The translations under genes were made by a program, and so were the position numbers. This document shows positions 1 to 34,087 of a stretch of DNA of 64,000 bases, one piece after another. The notes beneath the pieces were generated by a model that made no database searches, was not told where the DNA came from, and saw nothing but the letters and a program-made list of their open reading frames with translations. The DNA comes from Podarcis tiliguerta (taxonomy: Eukaryota): NCBI GenBank assembly GCA_965153285.1, contig OZ229116.1, one strand, 5' to 3'. Within the stretch, counting starts at the first letter, position 1. The number at the start of each line of letters is the position of its first letter.

Positions 1-1149
1 GGCTGATGATGTGTGAACCCAGCTTTAAAAAAAACAGTGGCAGGAGCATGTTGAGAGTCACAGTAAGTAGTAACATGAACATACCCTAATATTGGTCAAC
101 CAAGATTTGCAAACCTATTTCTAACCTATAGTAGGTTAGTGCATGAACAACTTTTAAGATTCAATTTTTCAAAGGCTGAGTCACAACTGCCACAATACAG
201 GGTTGCAAATTTCAGTCATGCCTACCATATGCAGCTTGACATTTTTAATCTGGGTTGTGTGCAGAGAACAGAAGGAATATAACCGCTAGCTGTTAGCACC
301 CAAGAAATTGTGCATGTGTTTACGTCATTTTAAAGAAAGCCGGTTTAGAAACTACCTGACTTTTTCCTGTGCATCCCGAACATCTTTAGATTTAGTTTCA
401 TTTTTAATGTATGTTGTAGCCTAATATGTAGAACAAGCTCTAGGAGGATACCTTTTATTTCCCTCAAACCCTTCTTCCAAGGAGCTAAAAGCAACCTAGA
501 GGGTAACCCCTTTTTATAATTACAGCAACCCTTTTGGGTAGTATAGATGGGGGGCTGGGGAATCCAAGAAAAGCAGTAAACTTTGAAGCAGAGTGAAGAT
601 TTGAACTCTATGCTCTCTAACCACAGTACTCCACTGGCATTCTCATTTCTTTGTGTCTTCCAGCCTCAGAGAGGCTAGCTATTGTACTCCAAGGGGAACT
701 CGGGTGCAAATATTTGAAGAACACTGCCAGCAGCTATTTACGTCCTGATTATGGTTGTTTGGATCCAGCCAAGGTTTGTCTGCTGCCTGCCCACCTGGCA
801 AGAGAGGAGGAGAGGAAGATGGGGAGATGGTGGTGGCAGAACCATCTGATGTACAGGCCGCATACTTTCTGAAGATATGTAAATGGTATGCAGTTAATCT
901 GTCCTCCAGTTCAGTGTGTTTCTCAGATGGTCGATAATATTTCACAGCTTAACCACCCCTGCCATAGATAACATTATGGATGTAAATAATCTGAAGTTTT
1001 ACCTAATGTTCGTGTATCTGATTCCTGTTTAATCGCCAGCATTATCATAATGGTATTACTGCATTAGCTTAGATCTGTTACAGAAATATTTAAATATTAT
1101 TCCAACAGCATCATGATGTGGGCAATTTTATTTTTCAGTCCCTAATTAT

Positions 1150-1530
1150 CCCTATTTTTTCAGTTCCTGCTTACTGAATCCTTATCAAGATAGCCACCCT
1201 GACTGCAAGGTTTCATTTCTGGTCTATCACCACCTGTTCAGATCCTATTAATGCATATGCGAAATTAGAATTTTCTGTCTCAAATGTGCATCATTTGCAG
1301 TGAGTTGCATTGTGCCATTTTACTGCCCATTCACGTCAATTTGGAGAGATTCTTTTAGAGCTCCTTGTAATCTTTTTTGTGTTTGTTTGTTTTAAACACC
1401 TTGAATGATCTGGTATCATCAGCATACTCTGCACCTCTTATAAGTTAAATGGAACAGGTTCTCAGAAGACTCCATTTCCTACACCCTTTCATTGGAAGAA
1501 CTGTCCATTCTTTGCTTCTCATTCCCAGCT
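1150..1530 (-). mobile_element. Degraded CR1 LINE reverse-transcriptase fragment
   Basis: Minus strand reads tatgctgatgatacc (YADDT) in CR1-like context; boundaries approximate. Confidence 0.55.
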
Positions 1531-1572
1531 TTCTCTCATCAGCTGAGAAAGATATCAAAGGCAATACTATTA

Positions 1573-1939
1573 AAGAAATGATATGGCAGCCAAGTTGGCA
1601 AAATTAACTGGAAAAATTTGGAACCAGCAAGACCAGAATTTCCTGAAAGATTGGAATAAATTTATGATATATTATATTTGAAAGAAAATTGTAATCGCTT
1701 GTAGGGTTGCAAGAAGTTTTGTAAAGAAAACTATATGAATTATTGTGAAAAAGGACTAAGAAGGAGTTTGTTTAATATTTGGATTTTATAGCAATAACTA
1801 TTAAAATAAAATGCAAAATCAGAAAGAAAGTTAGAAAACCATTAGTCAAGGTTTACAGAAGTCTTAGGCTGTGATAGCCAAAGGTTTGTTATATTGTATA
1901 AGATGGGGTGTTGTGTTTGGAAAACATGTACAAAAACTA

Positions 1940-1982
<43 letters not shown>

Positions 1983-1996
1983 GAAATGATATGGCA
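1573..1996 (+). mobile_element. 5'-truncated L1-like LINE 3' end with (TA)n tail and 16-bp TSD
   Basis: AAGAAATGATATGGCA at 1573-1588 and 1981-1996; body resembles the element at 47090-47568. Confidence 0.7.
1942..1979. repeat. (AT)n microsatellite
   Basis: About 19 perfect AT units. Confidence 0.95.
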
Positions 1997-4656
1997 AAGA
2001 TACGGTCTTCAGAGAATTCACATTAAAGCAACTGATTAAATTTCATATTTTAGCTAATAAGACTAACAGCCTATAGTTAAGATGATACATACATGTTTTT
2101 CTTCACTGGCACCTTTTAATACAATACATTCATGGCTACAAGTATATTAAAGCTATTTTGTGTTTGATCTTTGAAGGTAATGAGAGTTCTTTACAATGGG
2201 GACATTCAGTAGAGAAGATCCATCTCCTATTAATACATAGGAGCATACAAAGTTAATAGGGCATTGATGTTTTTATTATCCTTTGCTCATCATACTTGTA
2301 CAACTCTGTTATGCAGTGTTAGCAAGATAATAAAGGCTAACCTCAGTAATACAACTCTTCTTCCCATTTTGTCTGATGGCGCCTACAATAAGCTACTTTT
2401 ATCCTTGGGCACATTTTAACAACCTAATAAATAAAATTGGGAAGCTCCATCATTCAGTATATTGGAAGAAAGGAGGCAGGTTCTGTTATCCCCAAAGAGG
2501 TTTTGCTAATATTTTGCACAACTGATATAGCCATCCCCAGTGGAAATGCCCTAAACACATCTTAGAACTTCGGTTACCTCCCTAGAAGGGAGGTTAACAG
2601 CTTTTTATACCTTTGAGTTCACAAAGCAGCCAGGCAGTTGATGAGTTTTTCAGAAAAGGGCTGCCACTGAAGCATATGTGATTTTCCACCCACTTTCCCC
2701 CTTGAAATGCTATCGTGCCAAATCCCCAAACAATTTTTTGAACTCAGATGTTTAAAAAGCCATTTAAAGATTCTGGAGGGGAACAACCTGCAAATGACAC
2801 CCCTCTAGAAAAAAGATAGGACACATGTCTTCACTCTGGGTCCATATTGTTTATACAGAAGGGAAACCTCCTAGTTTCGTTTCATAAATTATGTGGTGGA
2901 AATAAAGAAATCTGACCACTTTCCTTATCCATGATATGTACCATGCTAGAGAAATCCTTAAACTTGCACCATCTCAAAATTTAAAATATCACTTTTAGCC
3001 ACCTTTTTTTGCATTGATTTAAACTCACACACAAATAATTTCTTTCCCTTTTTTCCTGTAAGTAAAGTGTCTGTTGGCAAAGGAGAAACTGTGCTGGACA
3101 TGAAGTTATGAATAAGGTGTTCAAGTGAGGTCATCCTTTTTGGTTTCCAAACTTTCACTATCTTCAGAGAGGTGTTTTCTGTCAAGAGAGCAAAAGGCAT
3201 CTTCTAAATCACTTGGATAGAGTACAATTATAGTAATTGCAAAATAAATGTGGCTATCCTGCATAGAGCATAGTATATTGAACACATAGCATGAATCAAG
3301 CTCAGGTTAATATTTGCCGGCCTAAGTTTATCTTGCTTTTCCATACTCTTAGATGGGAAATGGGGGTCTCAAATTGGGGCTCCTGTGCAGAATTTTAGGC
3401 CAGAAAAAGTCACAGCTTCTTTTTAAATTTCAATGGAAGAGTAATTTATTTCAATTAAATCCTAGAAGTAGCATATAGCTTTTGTCTTGTTTTTAATGCA
3501 AAAGAGTGGCTGTTTCCCCTAAAATCGTTTCATCCGAGAGGAGTTGCAAACCCAGAATGAGAAATACAAAAGGTGATGCTTTTCAGTAGGCTAACATACT
3601 GCTGGCAAACTATCCAAAGATGTATACTTTGTTTCAAAACGGGTATAGAAAGACATTTTCTATGGCAAGATGGCTGATTGCTGCAGATGAGAAGTAAGGA
3701 GTTGCAACTGCCATTTTGAATCTCTTTTTGGGGAGGTGAGGGGTGCAATAAAACATATTATGTACTGCTACTTCTAAAATTAGTTGATGCTGCTTTGATA
3801 AAATATATTCAAGGACTGGTAAGGTAGTTTGAGAGAGCCTCATTCTTTGAAACTTGTTTAGTTCTTATGCAGTTTAATCACATTTTCAAGGTGCAGTCCT
3901 TGGGAGGGTAGCCCAGGGCACACAAGATTCTGTGACCCTGTCTTCCCGTGCCAACCTGGAGGTCTGCCCACAGAGGCCTTTTTGAGGAAATTTCCAATGG
4001 CAGAAAGAGGGCAGGAAGTGTTTGGGCACACTGAGGCAAGTTTGGATCCCAAACACTTCACATTCCCGTGACATGCCACTGGAAGGCGGGGGGGCGGAGG
4101 GGGAGTAGAGAAAGCCAATACTCCAGTTGGGGAACAAATTTTCATTTCTAGTACATCAATGGAGAGAAAAGCCCTTTTACCAAAAAGGGGGGGGGGCGGT
4201 GTCAATGAAGTTCAGTGGAACTTACTCACACATAGGTTTGTATAGGAATGAAGTCCAAAGAAAGGAGAAGATGGGGAGGAAATCTACATTTCCCCTCCCA
4301 CCTTCTACCCTGTGCAATGACCCTGGGAATCTGGTTGTTCTTCTGCCTCAGTTTCACCCTCCCTCACTTGGATTGCTGGGTCAAAAATGTAGCCACCCCA
4401 AAAAATGCCACACTATGCAGCATAAGCTAACAGAAGTCAGTGGGGCTCGGTAGATAGTGCACCCAGAGTTGTGTTAGCCTCTGTGTGCGTTGCCAAAGGC
4501 CACACAACCTTTCATCACAAGTTCCCCTTATTTGTACAATTAGAATACGTTTGAGGGCAGGCTAAGTATTGCACCTCACAATCTTACCTAGCAAGAAAAC
4601 AGGTCAGTATTGCAAAGACACCTAAAAGTTTGCACCACCGGAAGCGCAATACTTAC

Positions 4657-25924
<21,268 letters not shown>

Positions 25925-25969
25925 GATGTACAACTTCAGTAAGAGCTGTAATCTTTTAATTTTTGTGCA

Positions 25970-26012
25970 TTTATATCTAGAGTGCCATCATAAATGAAAA
26001 CTTTGACCTTTG
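25970..26012 (-). promoter_or_regulatory. MEP1B proximal promoter: TATA box, CDX-like and HNF4/DR1-like motifs
   Basis: Minus-strand TATAAA at 25970-25975; TTTATGA at 25988-25994; CAAAGGTCAAAGTT at 25999-26012. Confidence 0.55.
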
Positions 26013-29000
26013 TATTGCAGGTGTTTGATATATACCTTTTGACAGAATGAAGCAAGAGGGCATTTCAACTTTTTCATCGAACATCAGCACCAGAATAAAA
26101 CGATTGTTGATTGGTCTTCTTCTACCTTTATATACTTCTCGTTGGATAAAGATGGTGGAAGTAACCAAATGCGATGCCTCAAACGAGGTATCTTCATGAT
26201 GAACCTAGACAAAGACTCAGTTATTTGCACAGCCACATTCAGCTTAAGTTTGGGGGGAAACCCAGAACATTTAAGAGAAGGAAAGCAGGGATCATTCCAT
26301 TTGGGCAGCTAAATTGCTTATGCTGACAGAATTTTGGACACAGTACATTTAATTCCTCCCCTCCTCAAAATCTCTTTGGTTACCTTGATCAGCCTAGTTC
26401 TAGGATCCTATATATCAGATCCATGACCTCCATAGGTCCAAACCAGTGGCATTGATCTGTACTGCTGATCTTTGTAGAAGTGAAGATCTTTATTTAGAAG
26501 CCAATCTTAAAATTCTTCATCAGATTTTGTCTGTGTTGCCTACATTTCCCTTCAATTACTGTTATGGGAACGCCTTGGTCAGGATCACACTGCAATCGAC
26601 TCCACCCCTATCAGTACTATTACGTGATGGCTTATCCAGATACAGTTATGGGGTAACTATTCATCAACCTTGAAGATTTTTCAGTGGTGACCCTCTTTTT
26701 CATTAACTCCACTGAAATAAATCTGTTTCCTGCCGATGACTAGAAGAGGAGCTCACCTTGGCCCTAGCCTGGAACATCTCCCAGGAAGGGAAGAGAACCC
26801 TTGCAGTTATGGCTATCTGACACTTGCAAAATGGAAACTGCCAATCCTACCTTGTCTCTTAAGTAAACAAAGTGGGCGCAGCATCCAAAGTATGAGAAAT
26901 ACAGATTATGTCTAGCATAAGAGGATCCATCTCATTACAAAGGCGTACATCTTCAATGCCAGCCTTTGGACCTTTCGAAGTGTGACTTTCAAAGGATGCT
27001 TGTGTTTCGGTTGTCATATTGTTTCAGAAAGCATGAATTAGGGTAGGTTGGCTTTGAAATGGAAACTGAATGAAATTACTCCCCCATCCCTACTCTCAGG
27101 TAAGTGTATATATAGGATTGCAACCTTAATGTGTGTGATGAAGTAGAAGGCTGCTATGTTAGAGAGAAACATAAATGCTAAAAAATATATATCCATAGAT
27201 CAAAGAGCCCACAAAGAACAGAATAAATTCCAGTTGCCAAGCAGATAACATGAATGAAATTATTGCTTATACTGTAATAATTTACTACCTACGGTATGTT
27301 GTACTTCTCCCTTACTCAAAAGCCAATTGTTCATTCTTTACTTCTCTCTCCCAGCAGTTATGAAGTGAGTTCAGCATGGTTATTTTGAAAGAAAAACACT
27401 CAGCTCTCAACTTGTACTTTTCCTGTATTGTTTTTTTAAACAGTAGAAGCCACATAATTCGGTAGAAAAACTTACAAGGGCAATCAATAACCTTCTCCAA
27501 TCAACTTCTCCTACATTAACAAGAGAAAGCCACCAGATTCAGAGAACTAGTAAATGGGATCATAAAACTGAAAATGGAATTATAGGCACATGTAATCCAT
27601 GCAATCAGTCTAATGCACATAGCTAGACTTCTGCTCATAAAACCAGTCGAATGAAATGGAATTAAATACAAAAACTGCAAACTGCATCAGTGCATTTTTT
27701 TTATATTAGTCATTGCCATATATTGCAGATTGCCTGCTTTCTTGGATATAAGCTGCTTTGTAGTATGCACAAAAGGTTAAAGTGAAGTTTTAGCATTACT
27801 TTCTTTTCCCGCAGGCAATTTTGCACTGCTCCTTGGAACGTGGGGGGGTCTGGACTCAATGAAGCACACCTTCCCAACCCTTCACAAAGCTGTGCTGTGG
27901 CAGAGCTGTCAGGGGCAGACTTTGGTCTTTCACATTTCAGCAATGCCGTGCGAGGACAAAATTCAGCCCAATAAACACACACACACACCGCCTCTCACCT
28001 TCCATTCTGCTCAATTCACGATGTCATAGTTGCAACCCCCTGCAGCGTCCCATAGGCTTGGCACCCAGTGTGGCAGAACCAGCCATGCTGCCCTAAATTC
28101 GCCTCTGGAGCAGTTTCTAGGAGTATCTCAGTGCTTAGCATTAGACTGGCAAGGGAAAGGGCTAGTACTCACTATAACAGGCTGATTCTTGCCCTCATCA
28201 TCTAGTAAACTTTTGTTACAACAGTTGTGATGGGAGGATTCCCCGAATGACTCAGGTTACTGGCCATTTCATTCCCATAAAAAGTTCCAAGTCAATGTTG
28301 AAAAACTGGAAAGGCTGGGGGAGGGGTAATAGCCAGGGGGCAATCTGGTTATGTATCCACAGTGGTATACCCACATATGTGCAAGAGAGAAAGAAAATTT
28401 AAGTCTAAACACAATACATAGCTTTACACTATTGATATTGTTGTGTTGCAACAGATATAGCAGCATGCCGTACCAAGATGAACAAGACGGGCATCTTGCT
28501 AAGTTGCCTGTAAGTTGCAATGTGCCAACATAGTGATTGTGGGTTGTATTTCTAGAACATTGGGTTGGAGAGCTTGCCTATGGGCAAGCCTTGAATCTTC
28601 CCGGTTCTGTCACATACAATGATTTTGTTTCTGGTTATGGTGGCTGTTTCCTGCAGAACATTTGTGCAGCTTCTATGATCATGCCAAAGGTTATTAAGAA
28701 AATCTAAAAAACTCTAAAAGGGAAATTCCGTTTATCAGAGATGTGTTTACTGCATCTCTGTCTGCAGTTTACTGCAGTCTTACCCTGCATAGAAGAAACT
28801 AGCAATGTTTGTTGCCTCAACGTCTACCACTAGGAGTGGGAGTGTTCCCTGTTTGAAAATCCTGCAGTTGCTCCCAGTCAGTGTACACAATATTGAGCTA
28901 GATGGATCAATGGTATTGTGCATGGGGCTTCAAACGTTCCTTCTTTTCTATATACTGTGAACACTCTTGGAAAACACATTTCATTTGCAGTACTGTCATG

Positions 29001-29173
29001 CAGATATATTCACAAGCTGTACAAGACACACATTTGACTGAAAAATGTGCAAATTAAAAAACACCACAAAACCAGAACAAACACTTGCGGAATGAATGTA
29101 GAGGACAAAAACATTTTCAGGATGGTTTTGGTTTTTTTAATTGTATCTTAGAGCAATGTCTTTCAAAAGTGCT

Positions 29174-29192
29174 TGGTGCCCCCTAGTGATTG
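29174..29192 (-). promoter_or_regulatory. Candidate CTCF site
   Basis: Minus strand ATCACTAGGGGGCACCA resembles the CTCF core CCACYAGRGGGCRC. Confidence 0.5.
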
Positions 29193-29297
29193 AATCATAT
29201 TATTTTTAGGGAAGTTAGAAAAGGAAAAGTCAATACTGTACCATTCAACTGCTGAGAATCAAACTTCTACATGTGATGTTCAGAAGAAAACCAAGGA

Positions 29298-29403
29298 TGG
29301 TACTCAACAAGTTTGACTCAGAATAGACCCACTGAAATTAATGACTAAGTTAGGGCCATTAATTTCAATGGACCTACTCTGAGTAAAACTTGGTGGAGTA
29401 CCA
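29298..29403. mobile_element. Palindromic (foldback) MITE
   Basis: tggtactc..actgaaattaatg / cattaatttcaatgg..gagtacca, an imperfect inverted repeat of about 45 bp. Confidence 0.7.
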
Positions 29404-29559
29404 CATGTCAAATTACCAAACCTCTCAATCCCTTGGCAGCATTGCCTTTATAAAGTAACCAAAATATCCAAAGATGTAGTGATCATTTCCAGAAAAAAAT
29501 ATGCAGCCAAAAAGCCATGGAGAAAAAGTATGAGCTTTGTGGAGAAAAGTTTTTGACCA

Positions 29560-30935
29560 CTACTTCTGTTCCACAAGTGTCTGCTCTGGTGAGTGAAACC
29601 ACACATTGCCTTCCACAACCCACCCAAAGGAAGCAAAAGCCTGAGCTAACCCAGCTTCAGTCAGCAATGGGTGGCACCTGGCTCAGGAAAGGCCCGTGGA
29701 GAGGCCTAAATTTTAAAGCCACAACAGTGCTAAAACACAAAAAGGTAGATTCATTTTTGCTAATGGCAAAACTAAACTGACAATTGGCTCCATATATGCC
29801 CCAAACGCAAAACTACTACAGTTCATCCAGGAAACAAATTCCTTCTCCAAAGGGTAAACAATCCTAGGAGGTGACCTCAACCTCAATATGAGAGGCATCC
29901 CTAAAAGACATCCATCCTACAACCCCCTGGGCAACCTTCCTCAGAGGGAAACCCCAAACAATTAGAGACACTGACCAACTACTGAAAATGCTAAAAACTG
30001 AGGCCTTTGTGACATCTTGGGAGAAAAGAACCTGGGAGACACCAGCCACATTCCAGTCTGGATGTCCCGACATCATGTCCAGACTGGACAGCATTCTGCT
30101 CACAAAGAAACAACAAACATTGGTAACATTAAAACCCCAGATCATGCCCCAGTAGAAGCTACCCTCAAGAGAGGAAGCACAAACTACCCCAGCATGGTCC
30201 TTCAGCCCCATCCTAACCACAAACCAACTAGCTAGAGAGAGTCTCTGGAAAACTACCTTTAAGGACAACGAAAGTGGTCACCAGAAGAGCCTGCATAAAG
30301 GAGAGGGCATCTCTTAAAAAGCAAACCTCCTCAAAAATTGGTAAATTAGAACAAGACATTATGACCCTGTCATCACACTACAAACAAGCAGGAGCAAAAA
30401 AAACCCAAAAAAACCAACTCCTTAAACTCATAGAACAAAAAAAGAACAAAAATTGACTCTCTAGAAATCAATAAAACAAGGATTAATATCTTATGCTCTA
30501 AACAATGCTTTTATGAATATGGAGGAAAGAACTCCAGACTATTAGCAAATAGATGCAGGGGGGAAATCACTCAAAACAATAATAGACTGTCACTAAAAAA
30601 GATGGTAACATAACATCCTCCACCAAAGAAATAATATTGCCCCCCCAATACCTCTCACTAGTAAGGAAATGTAATAAACAAACAGAAAGAGAACCTACCC
30701 AGTTGACACTGACACAAAACCTCACACGTACACTATATAAAAGAATATAAGCCTCACCACCCCACCCTCTCCCACTTTCTTTCCCAACCTTATATACAGT
30801 ATCAACACTAATGTATCACAACAAATGTAAGTGATTTGCAAGAAAGACTGTATAACCTGAAAAAGAGAGACAAGGCATGTACTAAACCAAGAAAATCTTT
30901 AATAAAAACAAAAACAAACAAACCAACAAAGAAAA
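29560..30935 (+). mobile_element. Degraded L1-clade LINE: endonuclease region followed by a 3'UTR and A-rich tail
   Basis: IYAPN, ILGGDLNL, SRLD, DHAPV, YEYGGKNSRLLA motifs across frameshifts; AATAAA and A-rich tail at about 30900-30935. Confidence 0.75.
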
Positions 30936-30944
30936 GGTTGCCTA

Positions 30945-32830
30945 TAGAAGAGTGCTACACATAAAAAATGTTTTTGGCATTTTTCAGTACAAAGAAAAAG
31001 ACAAAAGTGGATTATTTAATAAATTTTATTCAGAATAACACAGCTCACCATCAACGTCTGTGTTTGCTATCAATGACTATTTAGATAAACTTCATTAACA
31101 CAGTTAGAAATGGATCATATGCAGTCTTCGAATAAATCTATTAAAGGAAGTGCAAATGGCTATTAAAAAACTATGAGGATACAAAGCACCAGAGGCTGGC
31201 AGTTTTACAGGAACATTCTATAAACATTTTAGAAATGAACTGTCTCCCCATCTAGCCAAGTTGTTTAATGAAGTTCTTTTGGCGGAACTTCCACTGTATT
31301 ACTGGCATCAATCTAAAATAACAGTACTACCAAAAGCTAGAAGAAACCTTGACCTAGAGGAATTGTGGCATCCAATTAGTCCTGTTATACCAAGAAGCTA
31401 AGGTGTATACAGCCATTTTTGCAAACAGATTAAATGTGTTCATTACAATTTTTATCTCCCCAGACCAGGTAGGCTTTCTGTATCGCTGGCGTAGTGGATC
31501 CAGTAAGACACCTATTGAATGTCATTTATTATAGTAAAAAGAAAGGTAAGCCACTTGCAATAATCTCATGGGATTTTTACAAGGTCTTTGACAGGCTGAG
31601 TTGGTCATTTTTTAAATCACTGATATATAGACTTAACATGAGAGTGGTTTATTAACTCGACTTTTGAAGTATACAAACATTCCTTTGCTACAGTCTGTGT
31701 AATGGTCTCAACTCAGAAACCTCTATAAAGAGTAAAACAAGATTGTCCTTTGTCTCTGCTTTTATTTGCCTTGTCTATTGAACCATTGGCAACTGTCATT
31801 AGAAACAATGTGAATATAGAAAGTGAAAAAATGTAAAGTAAAATGCATACTAACCTTTTTGCAGATGGCATAGATTTCATGTTATCAAAACCAGAATTGG
31901 CAAAACCTGAAGTTATTAAAGAACTGAATAATTCTGAAACCGAATCTGAAATTATGTTTATTGTGGTCTTACCAGTCTCAAACTTTCAGACAAAGCATTG
32001 AGGGTTTTACAATCTGTCCTCAAAAGCTGAAATATCTGGGAATATTTATATCAAAATTCTTGCACTCTTTAAGGAAAGCAAATTTTGAGTCCTTGTTATC
32101 TGAAGTTAGACAGGAACTGAAATCCTGGGAAAGTCTAAACCTTTCTTGCTTGAGCCACATTGTGGCTATGAGTAAGTTGATCCTTCTGAAGTTTCTCTGC
32201 CTATTTCAGGTCCTGCCAATAACTATAATGCCTAACAATTTAAAATCTGGCAAAGATAAATTTAAAATCTGGTCTGGGAGTGTGCCACTTGCTTATATAC
32301 TATAAGGCATTCCAAGTCTTGGTGTCTTTGATTCAAGATCCAGGAGGAAAACAGTGGCTATAGAATTGGAAGATCCTAAGTTTGGGACATGTTTATCAAT
32401 TTTGTGTTTTGGTATTTAAAGAATTGATTTTAATATACAAAATGGACCCACAACCTTCCCCTCAACTTGCTTTACTTGGAATAAAGACCATGTCTACTCC
32501 ACCAGTTGCTCATAAATAACTCTTAATGTTCTTCCTCTCAGCGGAAATAGGTGCTCCGAGCATGGACAATAGCCCTGGATGAAAAGCTGATGTGCCAGAT
32601 TCATGCAACCAAAGGGAATTCTAACCCCTTTCTTTTCTGTGTGTGACAACCATTTTTGGAGTATATGCATCAAGATTATATTTATACCCACACATACACA
32701 CCGAGATTGCATGGTAATATGTGGAAAGATTTTTTTGGATTGTACTGTAAGAATCTGAGTTGATATTTTTAAGCAATATGGTTTGTGTGTTGTGAATATG
32801 TTGCTTTATGTGTGATGTGAAAAATGAAAA
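30945..32830 (+). mobile_element. Degraded L1-clade LINE ORF2 (RT) to 3' end
   Basis: DQVGF, KVFDRLSW, KQDCPLSLLLFALSIEPLA, LFAD, KLKYLGI motifs with stops and frameshifts. Confidence 0.85.
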
Positions 32831-33179
32831 TTAATTTTAAGGTGGGGGGACTAACCTGATCACATTGTGCTAGACACTCAGAACTGACCTCAGTTCTCCA
32901 GAGGCAGCCTGGCCAGCACAGAATAGAGTAGAACTATTACCACACATGACTTGCATACTAAGCATTTGTTAAAGCAACCTAATATTGCATTAGGCTACAG
33001 AGACAAGAGGCAACAATGACATGGTACTGAGGGAATCTGCTCATTCCTAATTATACCAATAGCGCAACTACTACCCAGTGTCTAATACCCCTTATGGGCA
33101 AGGTGCTTCAGGACTGTGACAATGCAGCTGTAGACACTCTTGGAAGAAAACTATTAACTGACCCCACTCCAATAAGGGT

Positions 33180-33960
33180 TCAGGATGTTTTTAACGCAAA
33201 ATCAGCCTTGGTTGCTCTTATGAATAATATTCCCCAGAGGAGAGATGGGGAGTGCAACTTTGTTGCTCTTGCTTATCTCTCTGCAGCTTTGATACCACTG
33301 ACCATGGTACCTTCTGTGAATTGGATGTTGAAGGAACTTCTCTATGGTGGTTCCACTCCTATTTGTAGGGCCAGTCTCAGATAACAGTACTGAGGGACTA
33401 TGTATCAGTACCCTTGTGATTTAGTTGTGGGGTACTGCACAACACTATCTTATTCCCTATGTTATTAAACAGCTATATGAAGCCAACAGAAGCAGTCATC
33501 AGGAGACTTGGGGCAGTGTCATCAATGTGCTGATAACACCCAGCTCTTTGTTAGTTCTCAGTCAAGAGGGCATGCACAAGATGAAGCAGTGTCTGGAATC
33601 AGGGTGGGTAGGATGTGGACCAAAAAAGTGAAGCTGAATTTTGCTAAGACAAGGATGCTCTGGATGGCCAATTCCCATGCCTGAGAATTTGGGACTTGCC
33701 TGTTCTGGATTGGATTGCACTCTAAAGGAACATACAGAGAGTTTAGGAGTATTTATGGAACAATCTTTGTCCAATGAGGCCTATGTGGCCTCCATGGCAG
33801 AGAGCCTACCATCAGCTTTGGGTGGAATGTCAACTGCACCCTTTCCTAGACAAGGATTGTTTGGGCACTGAGACTCATGAAGTGGTAACCCCATGTTTAG
33901 AGTGTTCAAATGTACAATGGCTTTTGAAGATGCACAGGTATTCCCATGGTTTCCAGGACT
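33180..33960 (+). mobile_element. L2-clade LINE RT fragment
   Basis: SALVAL, LSAA(F)DT.DH, HQCADNTQL and KLN motifs typical of L2/CR1 RT; degraded. Confidence 0.7.
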
Positions 33961-34081
33961 AGGCTTTGAAACAAGTGTTCAGTAGATAATTTAACAGAAA
34001 GCTCATATCTAAAATCAGATTAAGCTGGTATTGGCCCAAGACCAATTTCCCCCTAAAACAGCACTTCCAATAAAAGACCTC

Positions 34082-34087
34082 TTTATT
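34082..34087 (-). terminator. Candidate RNF138 polyadenylation signal (AATAAA)
   Basis: AATAAA on the minus strand at the end of an about 850-nt AT-rich 3'UTR-like stretch, just before an L2 fragment. Confidence 0.45.

Noticed and set aside
31961-32305. 114-aa ORF with a KYLGI motif as an active reverse transcriptase
   Set aside because: Fragment of a heavily frameshifted L1 ORF2.
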